A stretch of 64,000 nt of DNA from Camelus dromedarius (GCF_036321535.1 NC_087443.1:59706001-59770000); one strand, 5' to 3'; shown: positions 42,458 to 55,814, numbered from the stretch's first letter. Translations and numbers: made by a program. Notes: a model not told the origin generated them from the sequence alone.

Positions 42458-43087
42458 GTAAGTTCCCCACTCACTTGTCTTCTATAGCCCAGGGGAGCTG
42501 GTGTCCAGCATTATTGGGAGCCGGAAAGGTCCAAGAGCGGGACTCCTTTCCACCACTTTTCAGTTGAGACATGCCCTGCCTTAGCCACACCTCTCCGTTT
42601 CCAGGCGAAGGGAAACACCTTGAGCTTTGGCCAGAGGCCAGCCAGCCTGTGTCTACGCTGGGTGAGCCTGCCGGTCATACTGGCCCCAACCTAGATCCTG
42701 AGGGCTGTCCTCAGGGATGCCCACAGCATCACCGAGGACATCTCGGTGTCCTTTCCAATCAATTTAGCTCCCCATTCTCCACACCCTAATCCTCCCAACC
42801 CCTCCAAATGTGTTGAGTCAACCTAACATTTGATTGAAGCTCCTACACACAAGGCACTGAATCAAGTTGCTTATGAGCATCTAACTTCAAGTTTACATCA
42901 ACCCTAGGAATGAGGTACTAATAAGTACTAATATTTTCCCCACTTCACATAGTAAGAAGCTACTTGCCTCAGATTTGGTACATAATAGATGTATTCTGTG
43001 ACTGAGGCTTATGTAGGTTAAGTATCTTGTCCAAACTCACACAGCTAGTTATGCTAAGGACAAATTCAACCCCATGTCTGTCAAGAC

Positions 43088-43375
43088 TACCAGAGGGGAA
43101 GGAGGGGTGGAGGGATAAAGTGGGAGTTTGGGAGTTTGGGATTTGTAGATGCTAACTACTATATATAAAATAGATAAACAGCAAGGTCCTACTGTATAGC
43201 ACAGGGAACCATTCAATACCTTGTAATGGCCTATAATGAAGAAGAATATGAAAAGGAATATTTATGTGTGTATAACTGAATCACTATGCTGTACATCAGA
43301 AATTAACACATTGTAAACCGTCTATACTGAGATTAAATAAATTTTAAAAAGTCAAAATAAATTCCAGGAAAAAAA
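43088..43375 (+). mobile_element. Artiodactyl-type L1 3' end interrupting a MIR
   Basis: GGGAGTTTGGGATTTGTAGATGCTAACTAC...CAAGGTCCTACTGTATAGCACAGGGAAC...TATAACTGAATCACTATGCTGTACA with an A-rich tail. Confidence 0.8.
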
Positions 43376-44127
43376 GGACTCATACTCTTAACATTAGCCT
43401 TATCACCAATCCATGCTGGGGCTTCTTTCAGACTAAATGACAGTCTTCTCCTCTAGAATGTACATAAGAACTTTTTTTTAAAGAACTTTTAATTTCTATT
43501 AGTCATATGAAGAACATGGTGATATCATTCTCATTTAATAGATAAGGAACGAGAGCCTCAGAAAAGTTAGGCCACTTTCCCAGGTTCACACAATTTATAA
43601 GTGACACAGTGGGATTTGAATACAATCCATCTGATGCCGAAGCCCAGAAGCTACTTGAGTGAAGCGAGAAAGACTGCTTCATTCAGAGAGGGTGAGCCCT
43701 GTCTGAGCTTCAGTCTCCTCTGGCTGCAGGTCACGACCCTCCACTTCTCTTCCCCAGTGGGGTGGTTAGTAGTTGCTGGATAACTAAAACGGATACCCTC
43801 TCCCAGCTGCTGGGCTGCCAGGCCATCATACTTTTCCTTCCCAGTCTTCTGTTGACTTAAGCAGCATCACTAGTAACCTGCACAGGTTCTCCTAGATTCT
43901 CAGCATACCTCAAAGCCCAGCTACCCTTTAGGAAGGTCCACACTCACCCTGGTGATGTCACATTTCTTTCTTCCTGACTGAGCTGCTTTCCCAACTCTAA
44001 CTCAGGTCAGTGGCCTAGTGAGAACAGCAGCTAGGACTGAGCTAGGGTATCTACCTAACATCCTCTACCCCACAGCTCCCAGAAGAGAGTCACCCTCTGT
44101 TCACTTTAAGAACTGGTCCCAGGACAC

Positions 44128-44623
44128 AGTGGCCTTTGTTGGGGGAGGCCTCCCACCCCCAAAATGTCCACAGCCTAATCCTTGGGAAACTGCTAGTATG
44201 TTATATTATGTGGCAAAGGGAAATTAAGATTGCAGATGGTATTAAGGTAGTTAATTAGCAGTCCTTAAAATAAGGAGATTATCCTGGATTATCTGGCTGG
44301 GCCCAGTGTAATCACAGGAATCATGTGGAAGAGGGAGGCTGAAGAGTCAGTCAGAGTACGTGATTGAGAAAGAATCAACCAGCTATTGCTGGCTTTGAAG
44401 ATGAAAGGGGGTCATGAGCCCAAGAATGCAGGGGGCCTCAAAGCTGGAAAAGGCAATGAAATGGATTCTTCCCTAGGTCCTCCAAAAAGGAATGCAATTC
44501 TGCCTTGTTTTTTGTTAATGAGACAGCATTCTAACCTCCAGAACTGTTAGATAATACATTTGTATTGTGTTAAGCCACTAAGTTTGTGGTAATTTGTTAC
44601 AGCATCAATAGGAAATTAATAAA
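44128..44623 (+). mobile_element. MaLR solo LTR (MLT1D-like)
   Basis: GGCAAAGGGAAATTAAGATTGCAGATGG...AAGCCACTAAGTTTGTGGTAATTTGTTACAGCA. Confidence 0.8.
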
Positions 44624-45079
44624 CCTCCCCACTCCTATTTCTAACTTTGCCTCTTTCTCCAAATCCCAGCACTTGAGGAATGTCCAAGACTACCTGCAGA
44701 CTGACCTCACCCCAAACTGGAGCTCAGTGATGGACCCTGTGGGACCGGCCAGTTTCTCCTCAAGGGGGATTCGGTCATCCCTGGGTGGCAGATGGGGAGA
44801 GTGTGAGACCAAGCTCAAGTTGGAGCCTGGGACAGTGAAAAGCCTGTGTTTTAATATTGGTTCTGACATGCTTGCTGAAGACCTCTGCTGGTCTGTGAAG
44901 GGAATTTTCAGGAAAAATGAGAAAGATAAGGAGCAAGCTGTGAGTTTCTCAGCATTCATTCACCCTAATTCCAGTAACAGTCCCCACATTTTGGGGGTCC
45001 CACACTGTAGCTACTCTCATGAAAATGATTCCAGGGTAACTGGCTCTATTCCATCCTTAAGTTACCTGGTGATTTAGGG

Positions 45080-45740
45080 CTAAACCAGTCATCACTGTCA
45101 TCCCTCTGGTCATAGTGATTGGTCTAGGGTAGCCATGTGACTCAATTTGAGCCAATGGGAGCCAAGCCCAGGGCTTTGTTCTCTTGCTGAATGGAGGGAA
45201 GTGCTCTCTCCCCTGGACAGAAATCTGAAAGAATGCAATTCTGTATTCAGAGATGAAGACGTATCTGAGCGTGGAGCCAAGGGTCTGAGAGAGAAATTGG
45301 GTCCTGATGATACCGTTTGAACCCTGGACTTTAAAGTTACATGAGCCAATAAATTCCTATTTTTCCTTTCCAGTTTTATTGAGATATAATTCATACATAC
45401 CACTGTGTAAGTTTAAGGTGTACGGCATGATGATTTGACTTACAAATATTGTGAAAGTATTACCACAATAGGTTTGGTTGACATCCATCATCTCAGATAG
45501 ATACAAAAAAAGAAAAAAATTTTCCTTGCAGTGAGAACTCTTGGGGTCTATGCTCTTAACAGTTTTCCAGTATACCATACAACTTTGGCCATTATGTTGT
45601 ACATTACATCCTTAGTACTTATTTATCTTATAACTGGAAGTTTGTACCTTTTGACCACCTTCATCCAATTTCCCCTCTTCTCACCCCCCAATAAATTCCT
45701 TTCTTGCTTAATCTAGTTTGAGTGAAGTGTTTTTTAATAT
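45080..45740. mobile_element. MLT1J-like LTR split by an L1 insertion
   Basis: CTAAACCAGTCA...GTGATTGGTC...CATGTGACTCAA...GAGCCAAT; resumes after the L1 at 45688. Confidence 0.55.
45359..45687 (-). mobile_element. 5'-truncated L1 3' end with 13-bp TSD
   Basis: TTTTATTGAGATATAATT...CATTACATCC...ACTGGAAGTTTGTACC; TSD CCAATAAATTCCT at 45346-45358 and 45688-45700. Confidence 0.8.
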
Positions 45741-46419
45741 ACATAACCAGTTGTGTTTACTTTATATAAACTTAACTACAGAAGACATAATGAAATGGGC
45801 ATTTTAAAAATTACTAGGAAAAACTATCATGTTAGTCTTTAGAAAATGAAATGTTTGGGTTATTTTACTATGAAGTCTTCTGTTGTTTGCATCATTACAC
45901 TAAATGCTTTTCCACTAGAATTTTATTATGAAAAATTTCAAAATATAACATCCTGAGTAGTTTTGTATCAGTGACCCCCCCTGATCAGAGGCTCTCTTGG
46001 GAGCAAAGTAGAGGATGGACTGGGGAGGAAAACTGACAACCAAAACAAGAGCAGGCGATGGAAAAAGAGACATGGATGTAGATTCACCTGGACTTGATGC
46101 CGTATAACTGCCTAGATGGAGAGGGTAGGATAGAGGTGGACACACATGTTCTTAGCTTGGTCACCTGGGTGGGTAATCAAGGCAATCAAGATAAGGAACA
46201 CTAATAGGTGACTGCAAGTTGAGGAGGTGATTAGTTCAGGTGGGACATTTGGGGACCTATCCAGCAGCAGTTTTATATTCAGGCTAGAGATGGGAGGTGG
46301 GATAATCTTGAAGGAAAGGTATTAGGTGAAGTTACCAAAACAGCTGCTACCCTGGCTGTGTCATCATGGCTGCCAATTTGTTAGGTTCCACTTAATGCCT
46401 TTTGAGGGCAGTGATCTTG

Positions 46420-47270
46420 TTTGTTTTTTTAAATTGAGATACAGTTGATGTACAATATTATACAAGTTTCAGGTGTACAACATAGTGATTCACAGTTTTT
46501 AAAGGTTATCTTCCATTTATGGTTATTATGAAATGTTGGCTATATTCCCTGTGTTGTTCTATATATCCTTGTAGTTTATTTTATACATAGTAGTTTGTAC
46601 CTCTTAATCCCTTACACCTATCTTGCCCCTCCCCACTTCCTTCTCCCCACTGGTAACCACTAGTTCCCTGTATCTGTGAGTCTGTTTCTTTTTTGTTATA
46701 TGCACTAGTTTGTTTTATTTTTTCAGATTCCACGTATAAATGAGGTCATACAGTATTTGTCTTTCTCTGACTTTTTTTTAACTTTTTTTTCAGGGGGAGC
46801 AGGAAATGAGGTTTATTTATTTATTATTTTTTAATGGTGGTACTGGGGGTTGAACCCAGGACCTCATGCATGCTAGGCATGTGCTCTACCACTGAGCTAT
46901 ACCCACCCCTCTCTGTCTGACTTATTTTACTTGCCATAATACCCTCCAAGTCCATCCATGTTGTTGCAAATGGCAAAGTTTCATTCTTTTTTATGACTTA
47001 GTTGTAGTCCAGGTATACCAAATCTCATGTACATTCACATCTTCTTTATCAATTCATCTGTTGGTGGACACTAGGTTGCTTCCATATCTTGGCAGTTTGT
47101 AAATAATGTTGCTATGAACATTGGGGTGCATGTATCCTTTCAAATTAGAGTTTTCATTCTTTTCAGATACCCAGAAGTGGACTTACTGGGTCATATTGTA
47201 GTTTTATTTTTAGTTTTTTGAGACACCTCCATACTGCATTCTATAGTGGCTGCACCAATTTACATTCCCA
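46420..47270 (-). mobile_element. L1 3' end (~850 bp) containing a SINE
   Basis: AATTGAGATACAGTTGATGTACAATATT...TTCAGATTCCAC...GTCCATCCATGTTGTTGCAAATGGCAA...GAACATTGGGGTGCATGTATC. Confidence 0.85.
46772..46909 (-). mobile_element. Vic-1-like SINE nested in an L1 3' end
   Basis: Reverse complement of the same SINE (…TGAACCCAGGACCTC…CTACCACTGAGCTATACCC) with a T-rich tail at 46772-46790. Confidence 0.88.
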
Positions 47271-48789
47271 TAGTGCATGATGATTTGACTTACAAATATT
47301 GTGAAATTACCACAATAAGTTTAGTTGACATCCATCATCTCAGATAGATACAAAAAAAGAAAAAAATTTTTTCCTTGCGATGAGAACTCTTGGGGTCTAT
47401 GCTCTTAACAGTTTTGTCCCTTTGTCCCTATGGCCTGACAAATTTAAGTGAATATGTGAAAAGAGTATTGAAAATGGGGACTTTAGGGGACTGTCCCTCT
47501 GCCTAAGAAAGCCCTGGGAAAAAGTGCCCCAGTGAAGGGGTCAGAGGAGGAGTTACTAGATACGAGGAGAACATGGTGGGACCTAGATCAGAGAGGTCAG
47601 AAGCCAAGGGAGCAGAGAATTCTCCCACGATCCAGGGACTCTGATATGATTCAAGAAGGCAGGCGATATGATCTTCAGTTGTACCCCATGTCCCCTCCCA
47701 GTTAGCTCTGTGCTTGACAACTGGGAAGGGAAATCAGATAATCACAAGGCTCAGCCCTGGTGCTGACACAAAAGGGTAAGTGGTTACATTGTCTATAAAG
47801 TCAGAGGGCTGAGGGACCTCACAGTGTAACCATGGGCATTAAGCGCAACACAGGGGCCAAAGTCTTTCCCATTGGTCACATCTAGTTCTGGCCCCTTGGC
47901 AGCCCTCCCAATTCTCCTGTTTCCCCATTGGATACCCAGGGTAAGTAAAGACTCAGGGTTGCTTTGAAACAAAGGCACATGTAGCCAGAGATGGAACAGC
48001 TGGGGGACTCCTTTAGTCAATTTATGGAGGTCCTAGTGTGCCAGACTCCATGCTGAATGCTGGGTTTCTTGCCCTCTATTCTCACAGCCGGGAAAGCATA
48101 GATGTGGGTAAGGGGTAGGGATGGGCAGAAATGGTAATCTTCCTTCTAGTCATGAGGGCTTTCTGGAGCAGAAGAGGTTTCAGCAGTTGCTTGAAATCTA
48201 AAAGAGCGATGATGTGTATGTGGTTAAGGGGGACATAGGTGGTAGATAGAGGGTCTGAAGGGGCAGGATAGGGGAGGAGAAAAATGAGACAGACTGGTGG
48301 GAGATGGATGCTGGGGGCAAGGTTCATGGGACCCCTGGGGCTCCCCAGGAACTGGCTGAACAGACTCTAGCCCCTGGACACCTAGGCTCTTGTGCTGGAC
48401 CGTTTGCTGTGGATATGGCCCTTTGCCAGTTTCTCAAGGAGGAACAATACTCTTGTTGACAACAAAACTTACACCCCTATTTCTCACAGAATTCCCACAA
48501 AATCCACTTGAAGGAGTAAAATAGAGGCCCACAAAAAGAGGTCCCCTTACAAAGAAGTGGTGGAGCTGGGGAACTGAGTCCCAGATCCCCCAGAAGCCAA
48601 AGGCCATGCTCACTGCCTCCATATCCTAGGATAGGGAAACAGCAGGTCTGAAGTGTGTGCTGTTTGATTGCCTGGAAACTTAACCAGGTTTACAGACTTT
48701 TTGGGAGAAGGGGATATCCTCATCGGACTAGACTGAGCAAAACAAAACTTGACTTTGATGACCTGGGCAGGGGTAGGAAGAGGAAAGAC

Positions 48790-49020
48790 TCCTGAGAGTC
48801 AGGAGAGCTGAGTTCCAACTTGTCTGGGCCTCTTGCTTGCTGTGTGAAAATCACTGAAACTCCCTGACCCTCAGTTTCCTCATCTGAAAAAGGGGAAAAA
48901 TAGCACCTACCTCCCAAGGATGACATGTGAGGACTCAACAAGATAATGCATGTTGAGTGTTTAACACAGCGCAGAGCACATAGTGAGAGCTCAGTACTCC
49001 TTATATTTTATTATTACTAT
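48790..49020 (+). mobile_element. MIR SINE
   Basis: CCTCAGTTTCCTCATCTGAAAAAGGGG...GCACATAGTGAGAGCTCAGTA. Confidence 0.75.
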
Positions 49021-49429
49021 TATTAATTCAAGAAGGTTGGGCTGCTTAGTTGTTCTCTCAGGGCCTGGTGCCTGAGGCTTGAGTCCTGGTGCCCACAGCT
49101 CAAGCTGGGCCTGGCCACTCTTGAGGCGCTCACAATCCATCATCAGAGAGTCCCAGGTTGTGCTACTGCCATCTCTTTATCTGTCTCAGCTGTGCATCCA
49201 GTCAGACCACAGGGTTGAAGGAAGGTGCTGAGATCTTTACATTCTCTGAAAGGAAGGACCAGGAGAGGATGGGGTGCTCTCAGAAAAACTTTGTTGATTT
49301 GAACGGAAATTACATTAAGCCTTCGTAGTGGTGAGAGGGAGGCGGTCAGCCGGTCAGGAATCCAGGCAACCTGCCCCTTTCTGGCTCACGTCCCTGTTCT
49401 TCCTTTGGTCTCTAAGGGCAAGCGCCCAT

Positions 49430-49690
49430 AACAAACATGGCGGCGTCAGCCTCGGGCGCAGGCACCTGCCGAAGCGGCGGTCCCGGGAGCCGCGCGGAGC
49501 CAATCGCTGGGCAGGGGCGGAGGGAGAGTCTGGGGAAGACGCCAGCGGCCTGCGCGCAGGCGCACTGGTTGACACCTGGCTCCCGGTAGCCGCGGGATTA
49601 GGCTTCGCCTGCCACAATTGCGGTGAGGGGCTGGCCCGTGGCCGGGTCTCGGGGGCAGGAGCGGGCCGGACTGGGGGCCAATCAGAAACA
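49430..49690 (+). promoter_or_regulatory. MFSD13A: MFSD13A CpG-island promoter and non-coding first exon
   Basis: YY1 motif AACATGGCGGC 49434-49444, CCAAT boxes (~49500 and 49678-49682), donor TTGCG|GTGAGG at 49622/49623. Confidence 0.65.
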
Positions 49691-49907
49691 AAGGACAGAT
49701 CTGAGGGGGACAGGAATGCTGTCCGCTCTGGGAGTCCTGGGGGCTGTCTGCGGGGGTCCCTGAAGTGATCAGGTTGTGGGTTGGGAGAGTGCTTGGGTCA
49801 GGGTGGGAGAAGCTTGGGCTAAAGGTGTGAGGATGGAATCCTTGCAGAAGGGCTCCTTGGGGTCTAGGGTCGCAGGATACATCAGGCCGGGATCCCTTTT
49901 ATTAACG

Positions 49908-50082
49908 TAATGGCTTTTAACCCTGGTGGCGTAATAGAACCAATTGGGGGAGCTTTAAAAGATCGATGCTGGGCCCCATCCCTAGAAATTCCGATTTAAT
50001 TGATCAGGGGTGAGGCTTGGGCTTCGGTATTTTGAGCAGTTCCTCAGGTGATTTTATTGTGCAGTCAGGCTGGGGAACCACC
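49908..50082. mobile_element. MER5-like hAT DNA transposon fossil
   Basis: GGGCCCCATCCCTAGAAATTCCGATTTAATTG...TCAGGTGATT...GGGAACCAC. Confidence 0.6.
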
Positions 50083-52244
50083 ACGTGGTTCAGCGCCAGT
50101 TGTTGAGTAAAGCGCTCCTAGTTTGATCCCAGACTCCTCCGTGGCTTGCGAGGGGTTGGGTGGTCCTGTGTGAAGTTTTTGACCCTCCAATGCTGTTGTA
50201 GTAACTAACCTGCGGGGGGGTGGGGTTAGGAAAAGGGAGAAGGTCCCTCCTCCAACAGGGTGAAAGTTCATTTCCAGCCTGAGGTGGAGGATGGGCTCAT
50301 TAGTCACTGCATGGAAGGTGGGCTTCCCCAACAGCCCTGCCAGGGCTGGACCCTGCTGTGGGAAGACTGGGCAGGGAGAGAAAGAGGGTGTGAAACAGGA
50401 AACACAGCAGACAATTCAAAGGTCACCTGATTGTTGAGAAAAGAACACACCTCATAATTGCATTGGGTATTTTTTTTTTTTAACCTTTCAAATCCATTTG
50501 ATATCCAAGGGGACAGGCAAGGAATGGAATTTTCTCCACTTTGCATGTAGAAGTGGGAATAAACTCAGATAGGTAGTTAGTGATAAGGTTCAGACGACCC
50601 AGGGCTCCCAACTCCCAATGATTCTTATTAGGAGATTTTCCCCTCCGCCCTAATTGCTGCTTAAACAATATCTGGTCCTTCTAAAGGGAATCAGAAGCAA
50701 ACACCCACCCTTCTTCTGATGCCCCTCCCTCTGGGGGCCCAGACTGGCATTTTTGGTTTCCTCCACCAAATCCATCAGCCCCTCACCTGTCATAGGTTGG
50801 TTCAGAGATCAGGGAGATAGTATTGTTTCCATCCTTTTCTACTTTATCTCCCAGAAGCCTGATGGGGTGAAGAAGAGAGAGTTTCTACATGATGCCAGGG
50901 GACTCCTTCCAAACAGATCTAATTCTGTCACCCAGTGCGCCGATCCCATTGTCCTCAGGATAGAATCAATCCTGTGTGTGATTTCCAAAGCGGTTCCTGA
51001 TCTGTTGTCTTGTGTCTCCCTGCTCTGAGCCCTCTTCCTGTATTGTATCAGTTTTCCTTAACCTCTGGTGAAAGCTTAATAAATGTTACTTTCTGTTTTA
51101 TCACTGTTTCTCTTTGTGCACCTGTTGCCTTGCTGGCCATGTTTCACATCAGGGTTCCCCAGGTTGCCTCTTTCTGACTCCCACAGCCAAGCAGAACGCA
51201 GAGCTGAGGGGCACATTGAGATCTGGGGTGACCCTCCCCCTAGGGCTGCTGCTGTTCTCTCCAGCAGGGAGATGCCCATATTGGCCTTTTAGCTCCGGCA
51301 GGGGGATGCCCATATTGGCCTTTTAGGGGCAAATCAACCCAGCAGGTATTAATTGAGTACCTACTGTGTGATGAAGGAGGCTGGGAGTAGAAATCCACCC
51401 TCACCCACCCTCACCCCACATCTGTCCTGACCCTGCCCTTAAGGAACTTGGGGGCCAGAGGAGGGTTAGGGAGGCTTTTGGATCCTGATACAGAGCCAAG
51501 GGACCGGAAAATGGGAGAGACAACCTGACTTACTGTACTTGGGAAGGCTTGTGCCGCTGAACTGGGTCTTGAATCAGCAGAATTTGATAAGATTGTCGTA
51601 GGGGGCATAGTGATGTGAGAAATGATGAGGGTTTTTTTTAGTCAGAAACACCTGTTTTGAATCTTAGCTCCGGCGCCTAATAGCTCTGTGATTTGGGGCT
51701 AGTTATTTAACCTTCGGGGCCTTGAGATATTCATTTATAGAATGAGGATGGAACTAGTAATAAGAGTTGTAAGGATTCATGAAAATGGATGTAAAAGCCA
51801 AGCATATCCTATATGCCTGAGAAACGATGTGTAGTTACATCTAGGGTATTTTAGCTGGAAGCAACAGCATGAACAAAGGTTGGAGGTGGCGTCTGGAATT
51901 TGAAAGGTGGCAGGATATACCAGGCAGTGAGAAGCATCAATGTTGGGTGCTGAAAAGACAGCTTCAGTCATGGATTTGGCAGAAGGGGACACTGACTGAA
52001 ACCCTTCAAAGACTATGAAGCCAAACTTCAGAGACGTGAAAAAGAAGAATAGCTGCTGTTTATTGATGGTCTTCTAAGTGCCAGGCACTCTGCTTGGTGC
52101 TTTATATACCTTTTGCATTTCAGCCCCACAGTAATCTGAAGTGGTTGACATTGTCATCCCCACTTTATAGATAAGGAGACTGATGTGCAGGGAGAGGGAG
52201 TGGCTGGCCCAAGGCCACACAATTGGGACCACAGCAGCCTGAGT

Positions 52245-52267
52245 GGGGGTGGGGGGTGGGGGGTGGG
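52245..52267 (+). repeat. G-run repeat able to form a G-quadruplex (G5-T-G6-T-G6-T-G3)
   Basis: Read directly from the sequence, in MFSD13A intron 1. Confidence 0.7.
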
Positions 52268-53547
52268 CGGTGGGACCTCCAGTAGCTCTCCTGCTAGGTG
52301 CCAAGACTGGGGTGGAGTTGGTTGCAGGTAACAGGATATCTCAGCCAGGTTATGCAGCTAGGCTGGTGTGGGCCCCAAGCTGTTCCTTCCCCCAAGAGGC
52401 TGGGCTGTTGTTCTCTGTAGGGTGTTGGGGTGGGTTGGGGGTGGGGAGGGCTAGTAGAGGAAGGCGGTTCCTGATGGAGGAGCAAAATCTGGAACAGAAA
52501 CCTTGGAGTGACCCTGCATTCTCCTCCCCCAGCTTCCTCTCCCAGGCAGAGGCTTAATGGGACAGGTTGCTTTGCCTCCAGATCTGGTCCCTGGGTGAGG
52601 GTGGGGGGTTGTCTCTGGCACTCCTGAACATCATCTGTGTTCCTGCTCCTTGCAGGGCCTCCTCTTCTGTTGTTCCCTCTTGTGCCTTGTCTTTTCTCTT
52701 GAACTTCCTTACCATGGGAAGGGGCCTGATTACCAGATAATCCCCTGCTTCTACCCTTATCTATTATAAGTGAGCCCACAGAAAAGCGTTTCTGAGTATC
52801 TTCCATGTGACAAGCATGGTGCTCTGGGCTTCCTAGACATTAATTCAATCCTCTCTGTATTCCTATAAAGAGAGGCAGGATTACTCCCATTTTACAGGTG
52901 AAGAAACCAAGGCTCAGACCTTGCCTGAAGTCACACTTAATAGGAAGTGCAGTTGGGATTTAAATCTAGGCCATTCTGATGGCGAAAGTCATACCCTTTC
53001 CATCTCACCACTCTTTGAGGTTTTCTTCTACTGTTGCCCCAGTGTGGGTGCAGGGAGATAACTGCTGGAAGCTGTGGGCCTTGCCTGCAGGGTCTGCCTT
53101 CTCTAGTAACCGGGGCAGGTCATTGGACACCTGGGTAGGGGCCCGAGAGGCTTCACTTCCTTTGGACAAAGACTTTGAGATGATGGAGGGGAGTTCTGAA
53201 AGGCCCTGGGAAATCAGAGAACGTGACCTGGGTTAAAGACAGCAGCAGAGGTATACATTGTGCTTTATAGCCCCGAAGTGCCTTTAGATTAATCTCCACC
53301 CCAGCTTTGTGTGGTGGGTATGGAAGTTCTGGGTGGCTCATTGCACTTACTGTGCTAAGTGCATTAGAGTATTTTCTCATGGACTGCTAACAGTAGCTTT
53401 AGGAAAGTTGGCCCCATCTTGCAGATCAGGAAACAGGCATGGAGAGGTTAAGCAAATTGTTCCAGTTCACATGGGTAGGAAATGGTAGAATTGGGACTTT
53501 GGAGACCTCCAGTTGTGTCTTCTTTCCACTATATTACTTGGAGAGTG

Positions 53548-53700
53548 CTGAGGAAACTTTCAGGGTGATGGCTATGTTCCTGATCTCAATTGCGGTGATG
53601 GTTTCACAGGTGCGTACGTATTACAAAAACTGATCAGATGGTACACTTTGAACATGTGCGAATTATTGTATGTCAGTTATACCTCAGTAAATCTGTAGGG
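53548..53700 (+). mobile_element. Old L1M 3' terminal fragment
   Basis: GGTGATGGCTATGTTC...GGTGATGGTTTCACAGGTG...TTGTATGTCAGTTATACCTCAGTAAA. Confidence 0.65.
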
Positions 53701-53885
53701 AAAAAAAATGAACATTTCCCACCAAATGTTTCTTTAGGGTCTCAAAGGTCCCAGGGAGTGGCCACCTGGCCGTCCTACCACTTTGGGACAAAGTGGGATC
53801 ACCTTGCCCCAGGAATCTCACACACTTAATGGTTGCTTTCAGATAGTTTTGGCTGATTCTCCTTCTGTCTTTCCTCCACCACTAG

Positions 53886-53941
53886 GCATAGACTGACACA
53901 AGGTTGGCGAAGGGAGTGAGGGCTACATACGGATCTCTTGA
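53886..53941 (+). other. MFSD13A: Possible second non-coding exon of MFSD13A
   Basis: Long pyrimidine tract ending actag| at 53885 and donor TTGA|GTGAGT at 53941/53942. Confidence 0.35.
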
Positions 53942-54606
53942 GTGAGTTGCCACTCAGCTTCCAGTGAGCCTGAGAGAGACCCCACTGAGATTCTCTCCTT
54001 ACTCTCCCTTCAGGGTCTCTTTCTTTACCAGTCGGCACTCCCATAGCAAGAGTGGCTGAGTCCAGCCCATTCTCCCTGAGAGGGAGATAAAGGGTGAAGA
54101 CACAGGCCCTGCCCTGGAGAAACCCACAGTCAGGCTGGAGTGTGGGCAGGCAGGAGAGTCTGCTGTGCAGGGGCATGAGACATCAGTGAGGGCCCGGGCT
54201 TTGGAGAAGTTCTCCAGGACATGGTGCTGGCTCCTGAAGGATGGATGAGATGGAGACGAAGAGACTGGAAGGGTACTGCTGGTAGGAGGCACCATCACGG
54301 AAAAGGCCTGGACAGAGGAGAGGGTGGCTTGAAGATCTTCTGGAAGCTGGGCTGGACCAGCCAGGAGAGGCCAGACTGCAGAGGCCCTTGGAGGCTGGGC
54401 AGGGACAGGGAGCCATGGGGCAAGAACGGGGCCAGGGGTCACTCCTGCTGAACTGGGGCTGAAGTCAGTCCTCCAGGGCCTGATTCTGATGGGAAACAGA
54501 AGTTTCTGTTCTGCATGTGTGTGCGTGCAAGCTTGTGGACATGTAAATGAGGCCTGTGGGCAGGCTTGGGTCACAGGCACTCAAGGAGAAACAGCCCCTG
54601 AGGAGG

Positions 54607-55065
54607 TGTATAAATTTAAGGGCTGTCGTACAGATTGCCAGAAACTGGGTGGCTTAAAACAACCACCCAGTTTCTGGAGGGTAGAAGCCCAACATCAAAG
54701 TGTTGGCGGGGTCACATGTCCTCTGGAGAGAGGCTCTAGGAAAGAGTGCCTCCTGCCTCTGCCTAGCTGCTGGAAGTTGCTTGCAATCCTTAGCGTTCTT
54801 TGGCTTTGTAGCTGTATCGCTCAAAGTTTTGCCTTCACCTTCACATTGCTGTCTTCCCTCTGTGTATGTGTCCATGTCTGTGTGCAAATTTCCCTCTCCT
54901 AATAAGGATACCAGTCTTTGGATTAGGGACCACCCTAATTCAGTATGATCTCTTCTTAACTTGGTTACATCTGCAAAGATCCTATTTCCAAATAAGGTCG
55001 CACTCACAGGCACTGGGGGTTAGGTTGGAAACACCTTTTTGGGGGACATGATTTGACTCACAACA
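54607..55065 (-). mobile_element. MaLR solo LTR (MLT1A-C-like)
   Basis: AAACTGGGTGGCTTAAAACAAC...GCAAAGATCCTATTTCCAAATAAGGTC. Confidence 0.8.
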
Positions 55066-55194
55066 GGGAGTTTGAGAGAAAGAAGCCCCCATAGCTTCCC
55101 TCTTGGGGGGTGGTCAGACAAGCACACATGGGATTTTTTTTCTGAAAGGAGAACAACTACTTTGAATCTAAAAAAAGGGACAGACTTCATACCT

Positions 55195-55362
55195 CACTGC
55201 TTAAAGTGTGGTCACAGACCAGCAGCATTGGTGCCACCTGGGTTCCTGTTAGAAATGCAGAATCTCAGATTCCTCCCCATACCCATGGAGTCAAAATCTA
55301 CATTTTAACAAAGTCCCCAGGTGACTTGAAAGTACATTACAGTTGGAGACGATGCACTGCTT
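55195..55362. mobile_element. MER5A-like DNA transposon fossil
   Basis: AAAGTGTGGTC...ACCAGCAGCAT...GTTAGAAATGCAGAATCTCAG...ATTTTAACAA...CCCCAGGTGA. Confidence 0.75.
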
Positions 55363-55814
55363 TAATGAAAATCTGACTTTTATTTCCTTTCCAACCCATG
55401 GTCAGTCTAGCCTGCTGGTCTCTGTGCATGAGTTGGCTTGGTTGGGAGCCAGGCACTCAAGCTGCAATTTGTTCTCTCTTTTTGTGTTAACATGTTCTTG
55501 AGCTTCTCTTCCTTGTGTTGAGGTGGCCCATGTAGTTGGCCTTTATGGAGAGCATTGGGCTTGCCAAGCCAGTCGCTTTGTTGTGTTCCTGGGCTGTGTC
55601 CAACTTTTGGCTGTTGGTAAATGTTGCTGCCATGAACATCTCTGTACATGTTCCCTTGGGGTTAGTCCCTCGAGGTGGAATTTCCAGAACCAAAGTGCAT
55701 GAGCAGTTGTGGACTCAAATCTTATCACTCTTGTATCCCTGTGGAACCTGACATCACAGCAGGTTTCTCCATTCTCCCCAGCAACCCATAGGAACCCAAT
55801 TTGGGAGGTCAAGT

